Below, one piece after another: positions 40,157 through 51,989 of a DNA stretch of 64,000 nt (position 1 is its first letter; the number at the start of each line of letters is the position of its first letter). The notes beneath the pieces are model-generated. The model saw only the letters and a program-made list of their open reading frames with translations, was not told where the DNA came from and made no database searches. This DNA is from Curvularia clavata. Taxonomy: Eukaryota. The stretch spans positions 4,030,001-4,094,000 of the forward strand of contig CP089275.1 of the NCBI GenBank assembly GCA_023920165.1, written 5' to 3'. The position numbers and the translations under genes were made by a program.

Positions 40157-40477
40157 ACCTCCACCCCTGCCTTTTCATGCCATCTAGATAGACACCCAGC
40201 ATCTGCCGCCAATTTAGTCCATTTTGATCATTCATATATAATCACACTCCCTGTCCACCTTCCACTTTTGATTTCTCCCCCTAATGATTCTCGCTAAGCA
40301 TGCAATGTCTAGGTTCTTCGTCAATTTCCTGATTGTCGCTTCGTGTTCGTCTTTTTTCGTGCTCGGAGTCTTGGATACGACGTCTACCCTGAGGACTATT
40401 TCCTACCGACCTTTCCGTGGCAGCAGTACGGCGGACTCTGGTCTTGTGATGGTGCTCGCTTCGCCCGAGCTAACCCG

Positions 40478-41827
40478 ATGACTACTCTGACTGCTCAGGC
40501 TCTACGACGTATTACGGGCCAAGGAACCTCTGTTGATTCAAGTAACGGCAACAGCCCAAAAAGTCCAACTAGTTTCTTGAATACCAGTGCTTTCCAACAC
40601 ACGGTGGCTATTAACCGAGCTGGCCCTATATTACAGACGAGCGCATTGGACGGTGCTATGGACAACTTCGATATGCCGTCGCAATCCAACGAAAATGCGG
40701 CATCTTTCAACATGGCGCCATTGAGCAAGAGCTTGCCTCAGCCAAAGGCCCTGAAACCGCACCTCTCGCTCTTAACAGAGGTTGGCAGGAAATACCCAGG
40801 CTTCCCTACACCCTTGTCGCCCACTTCGAGCGCGCGAGAATTGTTTCCATCTCCTAGTTCTGACGCTGGTAGTACGACCGGAACGCTTTGTGCTTTGAGC
40901 CTAGGAACTCGTTCCACCAGTCCGAGGAGTATTGATGGATCGGAAAGATATGATCCTTCCTGCCAATGCGGATATCACAGCTATAGACCATATGCATCAC
41001 CGATGGGTTCTATCGATGATGTTCTCACTAGACGGGTGCCTGAAGAAGCTCCCAATCAATCTGTGTCATTCAGAAGCATTCCGGAGATCACAACTCCTCT
41101 AGGTAGCCCACCAAGTTGTATCTTTCCCTCTAGAAAAATGTCGAGAGAAATTAAGGGCAATGTAAAGTCTCAAGAGCCGCAGCCATTCAACTTTACAACA
41201 GATTCGGGACCGAAACTCGAATTCCATCCAAGCACTCGCAACTTGAACGCGTATGCAACGTCGCCCCCTCCATCCACTCGATCCCTGTCGGCCACTCACG
41301 CTGACCAATCTCTATCTGGCTCTATTCCCATTTCCAACGGCATAGAATTCGAAACCGTATCGCCGCTTGACCCGTCGGGCAGCATGCTCGTGTACGCTTC
41401 CAACTGCAGCGTCGACTCGGGGCTTCTTGGTGTCTGCCCCCTCTCTGAACTGCAAGTCGCCGAGTATCGTTTCTGGCGCCCCTGCGGCCGCCGTAATTGT
41501 GGTTTTGGGTGCGGTAGCGCAGACATAGGCGAAGCAACGGCCGCGAAGCGCTTGTTCAGAGACGCCGAAGACATCAGTTTGGAATGTGTTGAGGAGCAGG
41601 ATGAAGAGCAGAGTGCCACAAGCAAGAGGGGGACGAAAGAACGGGGTGTGCGCAACTTCGGTCTTGACGGGCAGAATGACAGGAGCTCCAGTGGGGGGAG
41701 CGGTAGAAATGAACGACAGCGGGTGGAGCAAAATCCCAAGGCGAGTACTTGGGCGGGAGGAAGACTGGTAACTGACTGGACGTGTTTCTTACAGGGTTGT
41801 GAGAGGGAAGGCGTTGCGCTGTTTTGA
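40478..41827 (+). CDS. Hypothetical S/P-rich protein (start uncertain)
   Basis: Long ORF open from 40343 with first ATG at 40478. It is mostly low complexity, with a Cys cluster CPLSELQVAEYRFWRPCGRRNCGFGCG and a Trp-containing C-terminal motif. Confidence 0.7.
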   Translation: MTTLTAQALRRITGQGTSVDSSNGNSPKSPTSFLNTSAFQHTVAINRAGPILQTSALDGAMDNFDMPSQSNENAASFNMAPLSKSLPQPKALKPHLSLLTEVGRKYPGFPTPLSPTSSARELFPSPSSDAGSTTGTLCALSLGTRSTSPRSIDGSERYDPSCQCGYHSYRPYASPMGSIDDVLTRRVPEEAPNQSVSFRSIPEITTPLGSPPSCIFPSRKMSREIKGNVKSQEPQPFNFTTDSGPKLEFHPSTRNLNAYATSPPPSTRSLSATHADQSLSGSIPISNGIEFETVSPLDPSGSMLVYASNCSVDSGLLGVCPLSELQVAEYRFWRPCGRRNCGFGCGSADIGEATAAKRLFRDAEDISLECVEEQDEEQSATSKRGTKERGVRNFGLDGQNDRSSSGGSGRNERQRVEQNPKASTWAGGRLVTDWTCFLQGCEREGVALF

Positions 41828-42203
41828 ATGCCCTTATTTTTCTCTTTGTGAATAGCATGACGGGGAAGAAAGTAGACGTGTTGCTGTTTGACTGGCGTGT
41901 AGGCGTTACTATAGGTTAATTTTATTTTTCTTTCTTTCTTCCAGTTGTAACCGTCATCTACTCTGACCAGCATGATGAACCAGGCTGCTCACACCTGGGA
42001 AGACCCGAAAGATTTCAGGTGGTAAGTTTCTTTTTTCGAACAAAAGGGTATCAAATTCAGACCTTTGGTCAACGCCGAACTAATGCTTTTCACAGATGCC
42101 ACAATTACAGTCCTTTCGCTGCCTTTTCGCCACTTGTTTGGCCGCTGCTAGAATTCCAACTTATAAATAGGGATGAGGGAAGGCAGGAGTAAGAAGAAAG
42201 GCT

Positions 42204-43409
42204 CTAGTCACTGTCACTTCCATAGTCCACCAGGGGACCAGCAACGGGCGCAGGCCGCTTATTCGATGGAGCGGCCTTGAAGCCTTTGAGAGCTGCAAGC
42301 GTACTCCCGGATAAAATACCAGTGTTTTGCTGCTGCTGCTCTTGTTGTTGAGTAGCGGCTCCATCATAACCCGCGCTCTCGCCACCCTCAATCATCATTG
42401 TCTCGCCCATGCCCCCCGCTTCGAGCTGTTTGGCAGCTTCCCACTCAGCCTTTTCCTTTGCATACCACACGTCATCTGGGGCCTCGTAGCCCTGCAGGCC
42501 AAAGCTGCCTTCCACCTTGCGCCTCTTTTTGCTCTCGGGATCACGACCTTCCAGCTCCGCGACGTATGCAGCTGGCAGCGCTTTTCTGATTGCCTCTGCC
42601 GCCTGTTCTTCGATGCGCTTAGCCTCGCGCTTGGCTGCCTGCGGGTTCGGGTCGACGGTTGCCCAGCGCACATTGAGAATTTCGTCGTGGTCAAACGACT
42701 GGTGAGCCATAGCTTCCTTTGCAAACTGGCTATTTGCTTCATTCGTGTACGTGACAAAGGCGACACCACGCGCGGTCAAGACACGCGTTCGCTCGATTTC
42801 GCCCCATTCCTGCATGTGTCGTGCGACAACTTCTTCGATATCGTCGGTCGGGTGGATACGACCAATGTATAGCGTGCGGTTTTGACGTTGGAAGGTTCCC
42901 ACGCCGCCCATGTCGTCGCGGTAATCGGCGTGTTTGTCGCGCCCGAAGCAATCTACATTGCTGGGGAAGATATCTGTCACGGTAGGCAGACGGTGTAGAT
43001 ATTCGCAATCTACACCTTTCGGACAGATGCCGCGCGCGAAGAAGAGGCAAAAGTAAGCGCCGGGCGTCTTGTCAGCCTTGGTGTAGCCGCTGTCTCTAGC
43101 TATGTTACAGCGGCCTTGCGCGTGGGTCTTCGAAAGATATTTGTCTTCGCGGTCGCCGCCTGACCATTTGTTATACCAGACGTTGTAGATGGTACCAGTT
43201 TGCGGGGCTTCTTGGGGCTTTATAGTGGCCGGGTCAACCTGAGGGCGTGCGGGTCGCCGCTTGCGCCGAATGATCTTCTTGACTTTCTTGCCCTCTGCAT
43301 TTGTTGTGATGATAGTTTGTTCGGTCGTAGGAACGAGTTCTGTCGACGCGGCAGGCTCGAGAGAGTTGTCGGTTGCGAGCGACGTTTGTGCGGGTTGTGT
43401 TTCGGTCAT
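42204..43409 (-). CDS. CWC2: Pre-mRNA splicing factor Cwc2 (Torus/CCCH zinc finger + RRM)
   Basis: RPARPQ, YNVWYNKWSGG, FCLFFARGICPKGVDCEYLH, DCFGRDKHADYRDDMGGVG, FAKEAMAHQS, LNVRWATVDPNP. Confidence 0.96.
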   Translation of the reverse strand: MTETQPAQTSLATDNSLEPAASTELVPTTEQTIITTNAEGKKVKKIIRRKRRPARPQVDPATIKPQEAPQTGTIYNVWYNKWSGGDREDKYLSKTHAQGRCNIARDSGYTKADKTPGAYFCLFFARGICPKGVDCEYLHRLPTVTDIFPSNVDCFGRDKHADYRDDMGGVGTFQRQNRTLYIGRIHPTDDIEEVVARHMQEWGEIERTRVLTARGVAFVTYTNEANSQFAKEAMAHQSFDHDEILNVRWATVDPNPQAAKREAKRIEEQAAEAIRKALPAAYVAELEGRDPESKKRRKVEGSFGLQGYEAPDDVWYAKEKAEWEAAKQLEAGGMGETMMIEGGESAGYDGAATQQQEQQQQNTGILSGSTLAALKGFKAAPSNKRPAPVAGPLVDYGSDSD

Positions 43410-43631
43410 TTTCGTGGCAATGTTGAGTTTGTCGCGAGAGAATGATGTCGTGACGGAACTTTCGATAGGATGAGGCGCTAGTATGCTGATCAATGTGCAC
43501 GTGATAGCGGAGCTTCACTGTCTCACCTCTCATTGGACCATCACATGCATCAATGTTATTTCTGAATATTGGTCCAAACCAAATACTTGCTATTGCATCT
43601 TTCTTCTAAACTGCTTGCTTCACCACTATGC

Positions 43632-44462
43632 TTACCTACTTGTAGTGCTGCTCATTTTAACCGCCCCGTCAATCTCCACCACAGCCCCATTCACATACCG
43701 CGCTCCATCTCCGAACAAAAAAGCCACAACATCCGCCACCTCCTCCGGTGTCCCCAATCTTTCTAAAGCATTTCCATTTCTCATTCTCTCCACTGCCTCG
43801 CCTCCCTTGACAATACCCGCATTCGATGGCGTATCAATGTATCCAGGTGCCACGCAATTGACTCTGATGCCTTTGGGCCCAAACTCAAGCGCATGTGACT
43901 TGGACATTCCGATGAGACCAAACTTGGTGGTGCAATATACAGACTGCAGAGCTGAGCCACGGATACCGCTAATACTGGAGACATTGACAATTGCAGAACC
44001 GCGTTTGAGATGAGGGAGACATGCTTGCGTGACGAGGAAGACTCCTTTGAGGTTGGTGTTGACTAGTTTATCCCAATACTCTTCACTTGTGTCTTCTACT
44101 TTCATGCTGGTTGGATTTACGCCTGCACAATTGAAGACAAAGTCCAGGCCCCCTAGCTGCTTGACTGTATTGTTAACAAAACTGTCAACCTCGTCTTTCT
44201 TGCCGACATCGACTTTCTGCGTGTAGGATGGTGTGCTGCTCTCCGCTGCGACGGCTTCAACGTTCGATTGATTGATGTCACAGAGGGAGACTGAGGCCCC
44301 AAGAGAGGAAAGTTTCAGAGCTGTTGCGCGACTAAGGTGTCTTCAGCACAAAATCATCGTGGAAGTGGATAGGGGAGAGTTGGAAAATGGGAGAGAAACA
44401 TACCCAATGCCGCTACCGGCTCCTGTGATAAGGGCAATCTTGCCGTCAAATTCTTTTGCCAT
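43632..44462 (-). CDS. Short-chain dehydrogenase/reductase (FabG-like)
   Basis: MAKEFDGKIALITGAGSGIG|RATA, NCAG, IVNVSS, YCTTK (YxxxK), IRVNCVAPG, DG at C-terminus; one intron. Confidence 0.95.
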
Positions 44463-44873
44463 AATGACGGAGTGAGCGTTCAGATGGTGTCAAGTTTGAG
44501 AACAACGCGTGTCGGATGTCTTTTGCTGTTGTATATGTGTGATGCTGTCGTGGCGGTGCTGACTTGGGGAAAGGTGGGGGTGAAGTGGGATGTGATCTGC
44601 ATGGTTGCATAGATTACTTATCTCGCCATGTCGCTCCGTAAGTTTACAGTAGATGCGGATGAATCTCGGAATTTCATGTTAGCATGTCACATGTGGTACA
44701 CATTGCCCATTTCTTATCTGAGAAGGTCATGTCTTCGCCTGATACGATTGTCACTATCGCCCATCCGTAATACCCATTGTAGCTATGAAACTAAGGAAAT
44801 GGCGAAGCGCATCGATCAGAACCATGCTGATTAGAAACAGTAAATTTTTCGTTAATTGTGAAATTCATAACGC

Positions 44874-47800
44874 TTAGGACCCTCGATCTTCTAATTGCCC
44901 GCCCTTGGTGATATGGGCTCGCGATCGAGTCCTCGAACCCCCACGGCTCGTAGTCTGACGCTCACATTCAGCGTCTGGATTATGATCTCGTCTTTCTGTA
45001 CTCTGGGGGTCAAGGTCGTCTTTTCCGCCTTCCTCCTTCTCACCGTTACCTTTCTTTTGCGCATTTGACTCGCCGTTTGGTCGATTGTCGTGCTTTTTAC
45101 TACCCCCGCCTTCTAGTACCATGGATCGTACCTTACGCACCAAATCGTCCACCTTGAACGGCTTAGAAATTACGTCGTCCATGCCAGCTTCACGCATGCT
45201 CTTTGTTTGCGCCTCCCTCACGTTGGCTGACACACCTAGAATATGACTGTATCCAGCCTTGCCTTCCTCTTGCAGCTGCCTGATCTCCTGTGTAGCAGCA
45301 TTCCCGTCTTTGATTGGCATTTCCTGATCCATAAGAATGACATCGAAATAGTTTCGATCATCTGGACCGTTGTTTGCCTGTTGACCGCGCTCAGCAACGG
45401 CATCTATTGCTTCCTGTCCGTTGTTTGCTGTGAAGACTTGGAAGCCACGGGACTGAAGTTGTCGACGAAGAACTTTCTGGTTGATCAAATTATCCTCAAC
45501 AAGGAGAAGCGTGTGGTTATCCTCGGTACGTGGATCACTTTGCGATCGTGAAACCTCTTCAACACCCTGCTCTTGTCTTGATGTCTCGCCCCTACGAAGG
45601 TCCGGTAATTTCCTTTCAATATACGGTTTCTCCGTCTCAATCTCTTTCACAGCTGACGCAGTCTCTTCATACCGTCTATCCGCATTCGATTCTGGATGTG
45701 CCTCTGACCGATTCTCTACAGGCGGATCCTTGAGCGAGGGATCCACCTCTTCCGCGTCCACTCCGGAATGGCTAGTCAATGTCTTCGCCTCCGGACGCTG
45801 GTTTGCCTGCTCCTTGATACTTTGAAGAGCCGAATTGCTTCGACTGTAACTAGGACGTTGCGGTTTCGTTCCGGACTCTGACTTTTCCGAATTACTTCGA
45901 GATTGGATAGGCGGTCGTAGCTGATCACTTCCTCCAACTGCACGACGTACTTTGAAGAAAAACCCGAACGTCGAGCCTTCGCCTTCCTTTGAGCTTACTC
46001 CTATGTCGCCACCATGTAGAGTACACACTGGAAGTTGTTAGTGAGTTCATAGCTAGATGTGTAAAGCCGCCTGCTTACGCTTGCGTGATATGAACAAGCC
46101 GAGGCCTGAGCCGCCATAGTTTTCCTGCGTTTTAGGTGTTGCTTGCCTGACAATGGTTTAGTACAGCGACATGGAATGTGATAGAAAAGAAAGGCTTGTA
46201 CCTGAATCGCTCAAACAACTTGGCTTGGCCTTCCTTGCTGATGCCAATGCCAGTATCTTTGACGGCAACCATCAAATACATGGCGTCTCCAGGACCCCAC
46301 TCGGATGTCATAGTCGAATCGAGATGGAATGATTCCTTGTGCTCGCTGAAGTAAACTACATTAGGAGGATATGAAGTGGGTCTCTTCACTGACGCGCCGA
46401 CTGATACAGTTATGTTTCTCTTTCCTTTTTTCCTCGAGGTGAACTTAATGGCATTGGTGATCAGATTTACCAGGACTAGATGCATTAGCGAGACTCTAGT
46501 ACCATGAAAGGTGCCGTACCCTGCTTCATGCGGTTGAGGTCAGCAATAACAACGTCTACTTGTTGTTCCTCGAATGAAACGTCCATGGCGTAATGGAAAT
46601 CAATACTCTTGGCTTTGAACTCAGAGTGGAAGACTCGAAGCGCTTGAGAAAATTCCCATTTTGGTCTTGTTGCTTGGGCTGGTCAGCGAATGATTCAATG
46701 CGACTCTGGTATGACTTACCACGAGGGACCAGAGATAGCATCATAGAGTCTAGCTTGGAGAATGACAGGATGTCGTCTACCAAGGTATTCTGGTGCGAGA
46801 CGCAAAGAAGAATGGTGTCAGCGGCATCTAGAATGTCGTCTATTTGGCTGCGAATTTCATCACGGCCGGCGCCAATGTCCTTGGTTATTTCCTTAACTTC
46901 TTCAGCTAGATGGAGCACTGCAGAGAGCGGATTGCGTATCTCGTGCGAAACCATGTCTATGAATCTTTCTTGTTGTTCCTTGCGCTCTTTTGCTTCCTTT
47001 GCAGCTCTTTCTTGGGTCAACTGGGCCTGCTTGATATCGGTGATGTCAATGACGGCGCTGATGTAACCGGCATCGGCATCTTCGCTCAAGGGCTTTAGCA
47101 AGAACAATCTCCATTGCTCACCCTCGGTCTCAGCGGGCTCGGCCACGTCGCACCTGAACTCGATCTGCAGCTCTGTCCGTTGTTCGAATGCGTTTCGGTA
47201 GGCGTTCATGACGTCTTCGTAGTCGTCTGGGTGTATACTGTCTGGCCAAGAACGGAACTCGTTGCTTCCCTTGTTTGTGGTGAGTCTGAAGAAACCGTCG
47301 TTGACGAATATGGCTTCAGCATCTTTGTCCAAGATGGCCAGGCCATTTGGCAATAGTTCTGCAAATCGGTGAAACATGTTGGTCTGCATCGAGTCGGCTT
47401 GCTGGGTACCTGAATGTTGGCCCTGTTGTTGGCTTTCATTGTCTTTGACCTTGTGCGCTTGATTCTTCCGGGTAAGCTCATCCAAGCCTTCAATAGGCAT
47501 ATAACGATCGGTTCGCTGATTTTCTAGTAGCTGGGCCAAGACACCTTGGCGAGTGCCATTTTCGTCGAGTAAGGTGCTGAGCACCAGCTGCTGGTCTTTG
47601 TCTCCAGACAGGGACGACAGAAAGTACCTGGCGGCTGGAAGAGGGTAAGCGTCAGTGGAAGTAACCATGGCAGGTGTTGGGTGTGATGCTTACCTACCTT
47701 GACCGTTCGACCTCTGAGAACCGTCTTCAGCGTGGCCAGCGCCTCATGTTCGTAGGTTTCGTAGGCATTGGATGCCTGGCCATCGAGACCGCCCCGCGCA

Positions 47801-48075
47801 GTCTCCCAGGCAAGGTTGTGGATGACTGTCAGGTTCTTGCCCCAAAAAATAGCGGCGCAATGGGGCATAGGTAGGACACATGTGTTTACAAGGCATTTGA
47901 GTGACGCTGGCCATGAGTCCCGCGGACCTATTGAAGAAGCAGCCCTGGCGGATATTAGCCACGGCGCACGGTGGAGGAGCAAAAGGTTCGCTCACCAGTC
48001 CCTACGGGACAAGTTCTCCTCATTCAGATCGAATACCGGCAGTCCAGTCGCAGATAGCTTATCAAGGTTCTCCAT
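44874..48075 (-). CDS. Hybrid two-component histidine kinase (PAS - HisKA - HATPase - receiver)
   Basis: N-terminal DW|AASSIGPRDSWP, PAS (SIHPDD), H-box VSHEIRNPL, N-box NLITNAIKFT, G1 VKDTGIGIS, G2 GSGLGLFIS, receiver LLVEDN..ILMDQEMP..SKPF; several introns. Confidence 0.95.
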
Positions 48076-49468
48076 GGCGCCGCCTCGGGCGATGGGCTCC
48101 GTGTGTCTTGGAGCGGAGGGGACTGGTGCAGAGAAGCGTCTTCAGCGAGGGAAATGCGCGTGACGTCATATTAGGGCAACGCAACCAACATGACCCTACG
48201 AAGCCTTGCCTGGCAGAACAACAAGCAGGACACAGTAGGAAGTTGAGCCGCGGATGTGAATGCCGAGCAGCAGGGCGGCTGCGAAGCTCGAGTCTGCGCG
48301 GTCTAGGCCAGCAGATCGCTCGCCATGTTCCCATCTTTTCCAGGCGCTACTGTTGTTGGCAAAGCGTGGATCGAGTGGTGGATGAGAAAGTGGAAATGAT
48401 CGCCGATGTTGGCAGCACGTCATGGTAGCGGGTTCCAAGATGGTGGGTTCGCTTTTACCCGTCAGTTCAAGTCGGTCGATATAGTGTGTACTACATATTA
48501 CCAGCGTCATTCGCTACTCCGCTGCGAACGCTACAGGCATCAGTACCTGACCAGCACGTGACCAATACAACCATCTTCGGGACACCTGCTGCGGCGGCTG
48601 GCTGTGCGGCGCAAAGTTGCTCAAAACGAGTTGACGCTAAGCCTGTGTGGGCAGTGGTGTTCTAACGCAATATCGCGCCAGCTTTGCATTCATTTCGGGC
48701 GACACGAGGCCTCTCTAGCTCTCTGGCACAGCGGTTGTGCCTCGACTCCGGCCCCGTTCACCCTTCCTGCCGCCTAGGGCATTAGCGTCTTGGCGCCATC
48801 CATATTGGTGTCAACTCTGCCCTTTGTCCTTTGCCTCTGCCTTGCCTTTTGCCCTTCTGTAAGCTGAGACCAAACCAGACACCCCTAGGGATAGCGTACA
48901 CCTGCATCTTGGCCCCCTGCAAGTCATCTAACATGTCCATAGAGGAATCCCGTGAATCCCGCCATATCTGTGCCTCAATGGAGTTGCACAGGCAGTTATA
49001 CAAGGCGCACTGGGGCCAACAACCGCCATGCCGAGAGCACAATTCCTACGAGCCATCGGGCTTCACATCCACAGGCACAGGAGGACCACGACTCAATTGA
49101 TGCATTGATTCGGGCCGTATATCTGTTCGATATTCAACCTGATGGATTGTCGAGTTGCAGCGCACAAATAAACGTCGGCAGCAGATGCATGGGCTGGCCA
49201 GCCCTTCTCACGCCAGGCGCGTGTCAGGTGGGGGCTTGGGGCTGAAATAAACGGCACGACCCGACTACCGGCGAAGTTGCTCGTTGCGCCTAACTGCCCG
49301 TTGCCTGCTTGACTCGCACGTTTCACGCTCCGTCCCCTATATCTTCGTCGCAATTGGTACATAATTTGCAAATTCTAGTCATTCTACCTATATATCCAAA
49401 CACCCTACCTATAGCCCGCCTGCGAAACATATACCACTGCCCGTCTGTCCGTCCAATCATCTCTCATC

Positions 49469-50005
49469 ATGCTCAACGCACTCCCCATGCCCAATCGCGA
49501 CCTCGCTGAACTGGCAAAAGAAGAAAAGGGCTTCACCTTCAACCACTTCACCTGCGAGCATGCCTGGGTCATTGGAAATATTCTGCGCAATGCGCTTCGC
49601 ACCGCAGAGTGCCCGGCTCTCATCCACATAGCTCTCCCAAACCAAACTCTATTCCATTCGCCAAGCCTGCCGGGTATCATGCCCGACCACGAAAAGTGGG
49701 TGGAGAAAAAACGCAACACTGTTCTACGATGGGGCCATTCCACTTGGTATATGAGCTGCCAGTTCGATGGCGATTACAAGAAGTTTGCTGAGCACCATGC
49801 CATGAGCGGCGATGAGTGGTCCAAGTATACCATCGAGGGTGGCGGCTATCCCGTTTTTGTCAAGGGAGTCGAAGGCGTTATTGGCGCCATTACCATTGCA
49901 GGCGCAGACATTGATGGCGTATACGCGCATAGCATTATTGTAAAGGCAGTAGAAGAGTACAAGGAACTAAGAGAAGGCTTCCGAAGTCCCATGAGGGCCA
50001 AATGA
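49469..50005 (+). CDS. GlcG/HbpS-like (UPF0303, Ybr137w-like) protein
   Basis: F..EHAWVIG, WVEKKRNTVLRWGHSTWYM, GGGYPVFVKGVEGVIGAITIAG; intronless, 178 aa. Confidence 0.85.
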   Translation: MLNALPMPNRDLAELAKEEKGFTFNHFTCEHAWVIGNILRNALRTAECPALIHIALPNQTLFHSPSLPGIMPDHEKWVEKKRNTVLRWGHSTWYMSCQFDGDYKKFAEHHAMSGDEWSKYTIEGGGYPVFVKGVEGVIGAITIAGADIDGVYAHSIIVKAVEEYKELREGFRSPMRAK

Positions 50006-50138
50006 CTAGATGACCTGGGCAAGGGTCATGGACTGGGGATCCAGTTTGGGCCCGACAAAATGCTCAGAGTGAGCAGAGGGAGAAAAGAGTAAACATACGG
50101 GCTTGGGCTTGTTTTGTTACTTGACTCGCATTTGCCGG

Positions 50139-51404
50139 CTATAATACAGAAGCCGCGCCAGACCCGCCGACCGACCGAAATCCAAAACACCCGCCTACCG
50201 CATCGTAAGCTATCGAGTAGCGGAATAGCAAGTTCCTCCCGGTATTGACATATGGCGGAGACTTGGGGAGCTGAGGAATGACTTGAGTGGGTTCCACGGC
50301 CAATCTTTCGCCAACAGCGAACGAGTAAGACATGATTGGTTGATCAAGGGATGGAAAGCCGATAGTGAGCTTGGTGCCTGGCTTCACACGCTTCACCATT
50401 TTTGCATGGCCATCTGGGTTAGGGTTGGGAATGACGACGGTTGGCATCGAAACGCCTTTCTCTGTTCTGATGTACATCTGCGCTATGCCAGTGTCGACAA
50501 GCACATGACCACAGTTTCTTCCCTCGCCATTGATGCTGAAGCACATCTTTGCCATTTTCCAGTCTCTGTTATCCTCCGCGTACGTCAAACCAGGTTCCAA
50601 GCGGGTGAAGGCAAACCCTTTGATGCTCGCAGTTGTCAGCCCTACTTGGACACCTTCACGCGATACGATGTATCCTAGGCGCATCGATCCGCTTGCAAGA
50701 GGCTCTCCGTTGATAGAGTAGACGTTCAAAAGCGGGTTCACGCTCGGTGTGGCAAACGGCATACCATCTTTGGGGGCGTTTCTTCCGAAACCAATGCCCA
50801 TGTAAGTGATTTGCGACGTGTCTCTTTCCACGGCCTGTTCACCATGTGGACCTGTTGGGCACTCGAAGCTGTCTACGAGAGGGTCATACCAAGGGCATCT
50901 CCAACTCTTATCAACAATGAGCACAGGAACCACGGCAGTCGCGTATGAGCCGCCTTGACCGGTAAAGTTCATTGCAAGCTCCACCAGCCGACCTACATAG
51001 AGTATCCTACTGCTCGTGAAGAAGTGATGCGCTGGTGTACCCGCCGTAGGTGGTATATTCGGTAGCAATGGAGCTCCTATCAAAGTCCCAGTTGAACCAG
51101 TATCGACGGGCATGTGGATATCAACGCCATCGACTGTACACATGACTTGTGGGACATGTTTGGAGCTGAATTCGTTGATAAAGGGAATGAAGATGAAATG
51201 GTAGTCAGGCAATGATTGGGTATCTGCTAGGTGCATTATGCCGCCGTTATGGTACAGAGTAATGAGGATAAGACTGGCAGCGACAAGGATGCGACAAAAG
51301 AGTGTTGAACTCTTGAGTCTCCTAGGTGTGGGTGTTGAAGGTGTGGATGTTGACGGCAGCCCCAGTGCCGGTGCCGGCTGTGTTATATAGTCCTCGGTCT
51401 TCAT
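50139..51404 (-). CDS. Aspartic-protease-like protein with N-terminal membrane anchor
   Basis: Intronless 421-aa ORF with a hydrophobic segment ILVAASLILITLY and two DTG motifs (PVDTGSTG, LVDTGIAQ). MGIG and NTGRNLLFRYSIAYD..FGF resemble pepsin-fold elements. Confidence 0.75.
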   Translation of the reverse strand: MKTEDYITQPAPALGLPSTSTPSTPTPRRLKSSTLFCRILVAASLILITLYHNGGIMHLADTQSLPDYHFIFIPFINEFSSKHVPQVMCTVDGVDIHMPVDTGSTGTLIGAPLLPNIPPTAGTPAHHFFTSSRILYVGRLVELAMNFTGQGGSYATAVVPVLIVDKSWRCPWYDPLVDSFECPTGPHGEQAVERDTSQITYMGIGFGRNAPKDGMPFATPSVNPLLNVYSINGEPLASGSMRLGYIVSREGVQVGLTTASIKGFAFTRLEPGLTYAEDNRDWKMAKMCFSINGEGRNCGHVLVDTGIAQMYIRTEKGVSMPTVVIPNPNPDGHAKMVKRVKPGTKLTIGFPSLDQPIMSYSFAVGERLAVEPTQVIPQLPKSPPYVNTGRNLLFRYSIAYDAVGGCFGFRSVGGSGAASVL

Positions 51405-51989
51405 GGCTGTTTCTAGTGGAGAGGAGCTGCATCATCTGTTGGCAGGCGCCAAACCAATGGGGTAAGCCTCGCGTCTGTGTCGTTCCCGAGGTATGGAGCA
51501 ATGGACTTGGATTCGAAGCACGCACGTTCAACCCACTGGCAAACAAGTAAGCACTGCGGTAGTGACCCAATTGTGACGGCTTTCCCCCGCAATCTCCGAA
51601 ACTCGAAATCACCTAGCCAGGAACAGCATTTCACTATTTCTCAAGCCAGCGCACGTCGCCCAATGATTAAAATCCCGACAGATACCTCCTACTACAAATG
51701 CGCCAGTCGCTGATCATCACGTGTGCGGCTGCACGACGCGGTCAGGGGTCTGGCCGTAAGGCCTGCAGCTGGAGACAGCCACCCACTTTTACAAACGCCA
51801 TCAAGTGACATACCGGATAGGAAGACGACCCTGAACCCAAAATGGCCTTTGGCGACTTGTGCGATCCCGTTTATTGGCCTTGACGCGCCTTTCGTCCCAA
51901 CTTGAACCTCGAGACTTCCGTCGCCCGCATCCCACGCCCTCACCGCCTAAACGAAGCAGCGTAGGCAAAAGCAAGAGTATGTAGCCAGT

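Noticed and set aside
41972..42110. ATGATGA (C-box-like) suggesting a C/D snoRNA
   Set aside because: No properly placed CTGA D box or terminal stem; it looks like 3' UTR with an intron.
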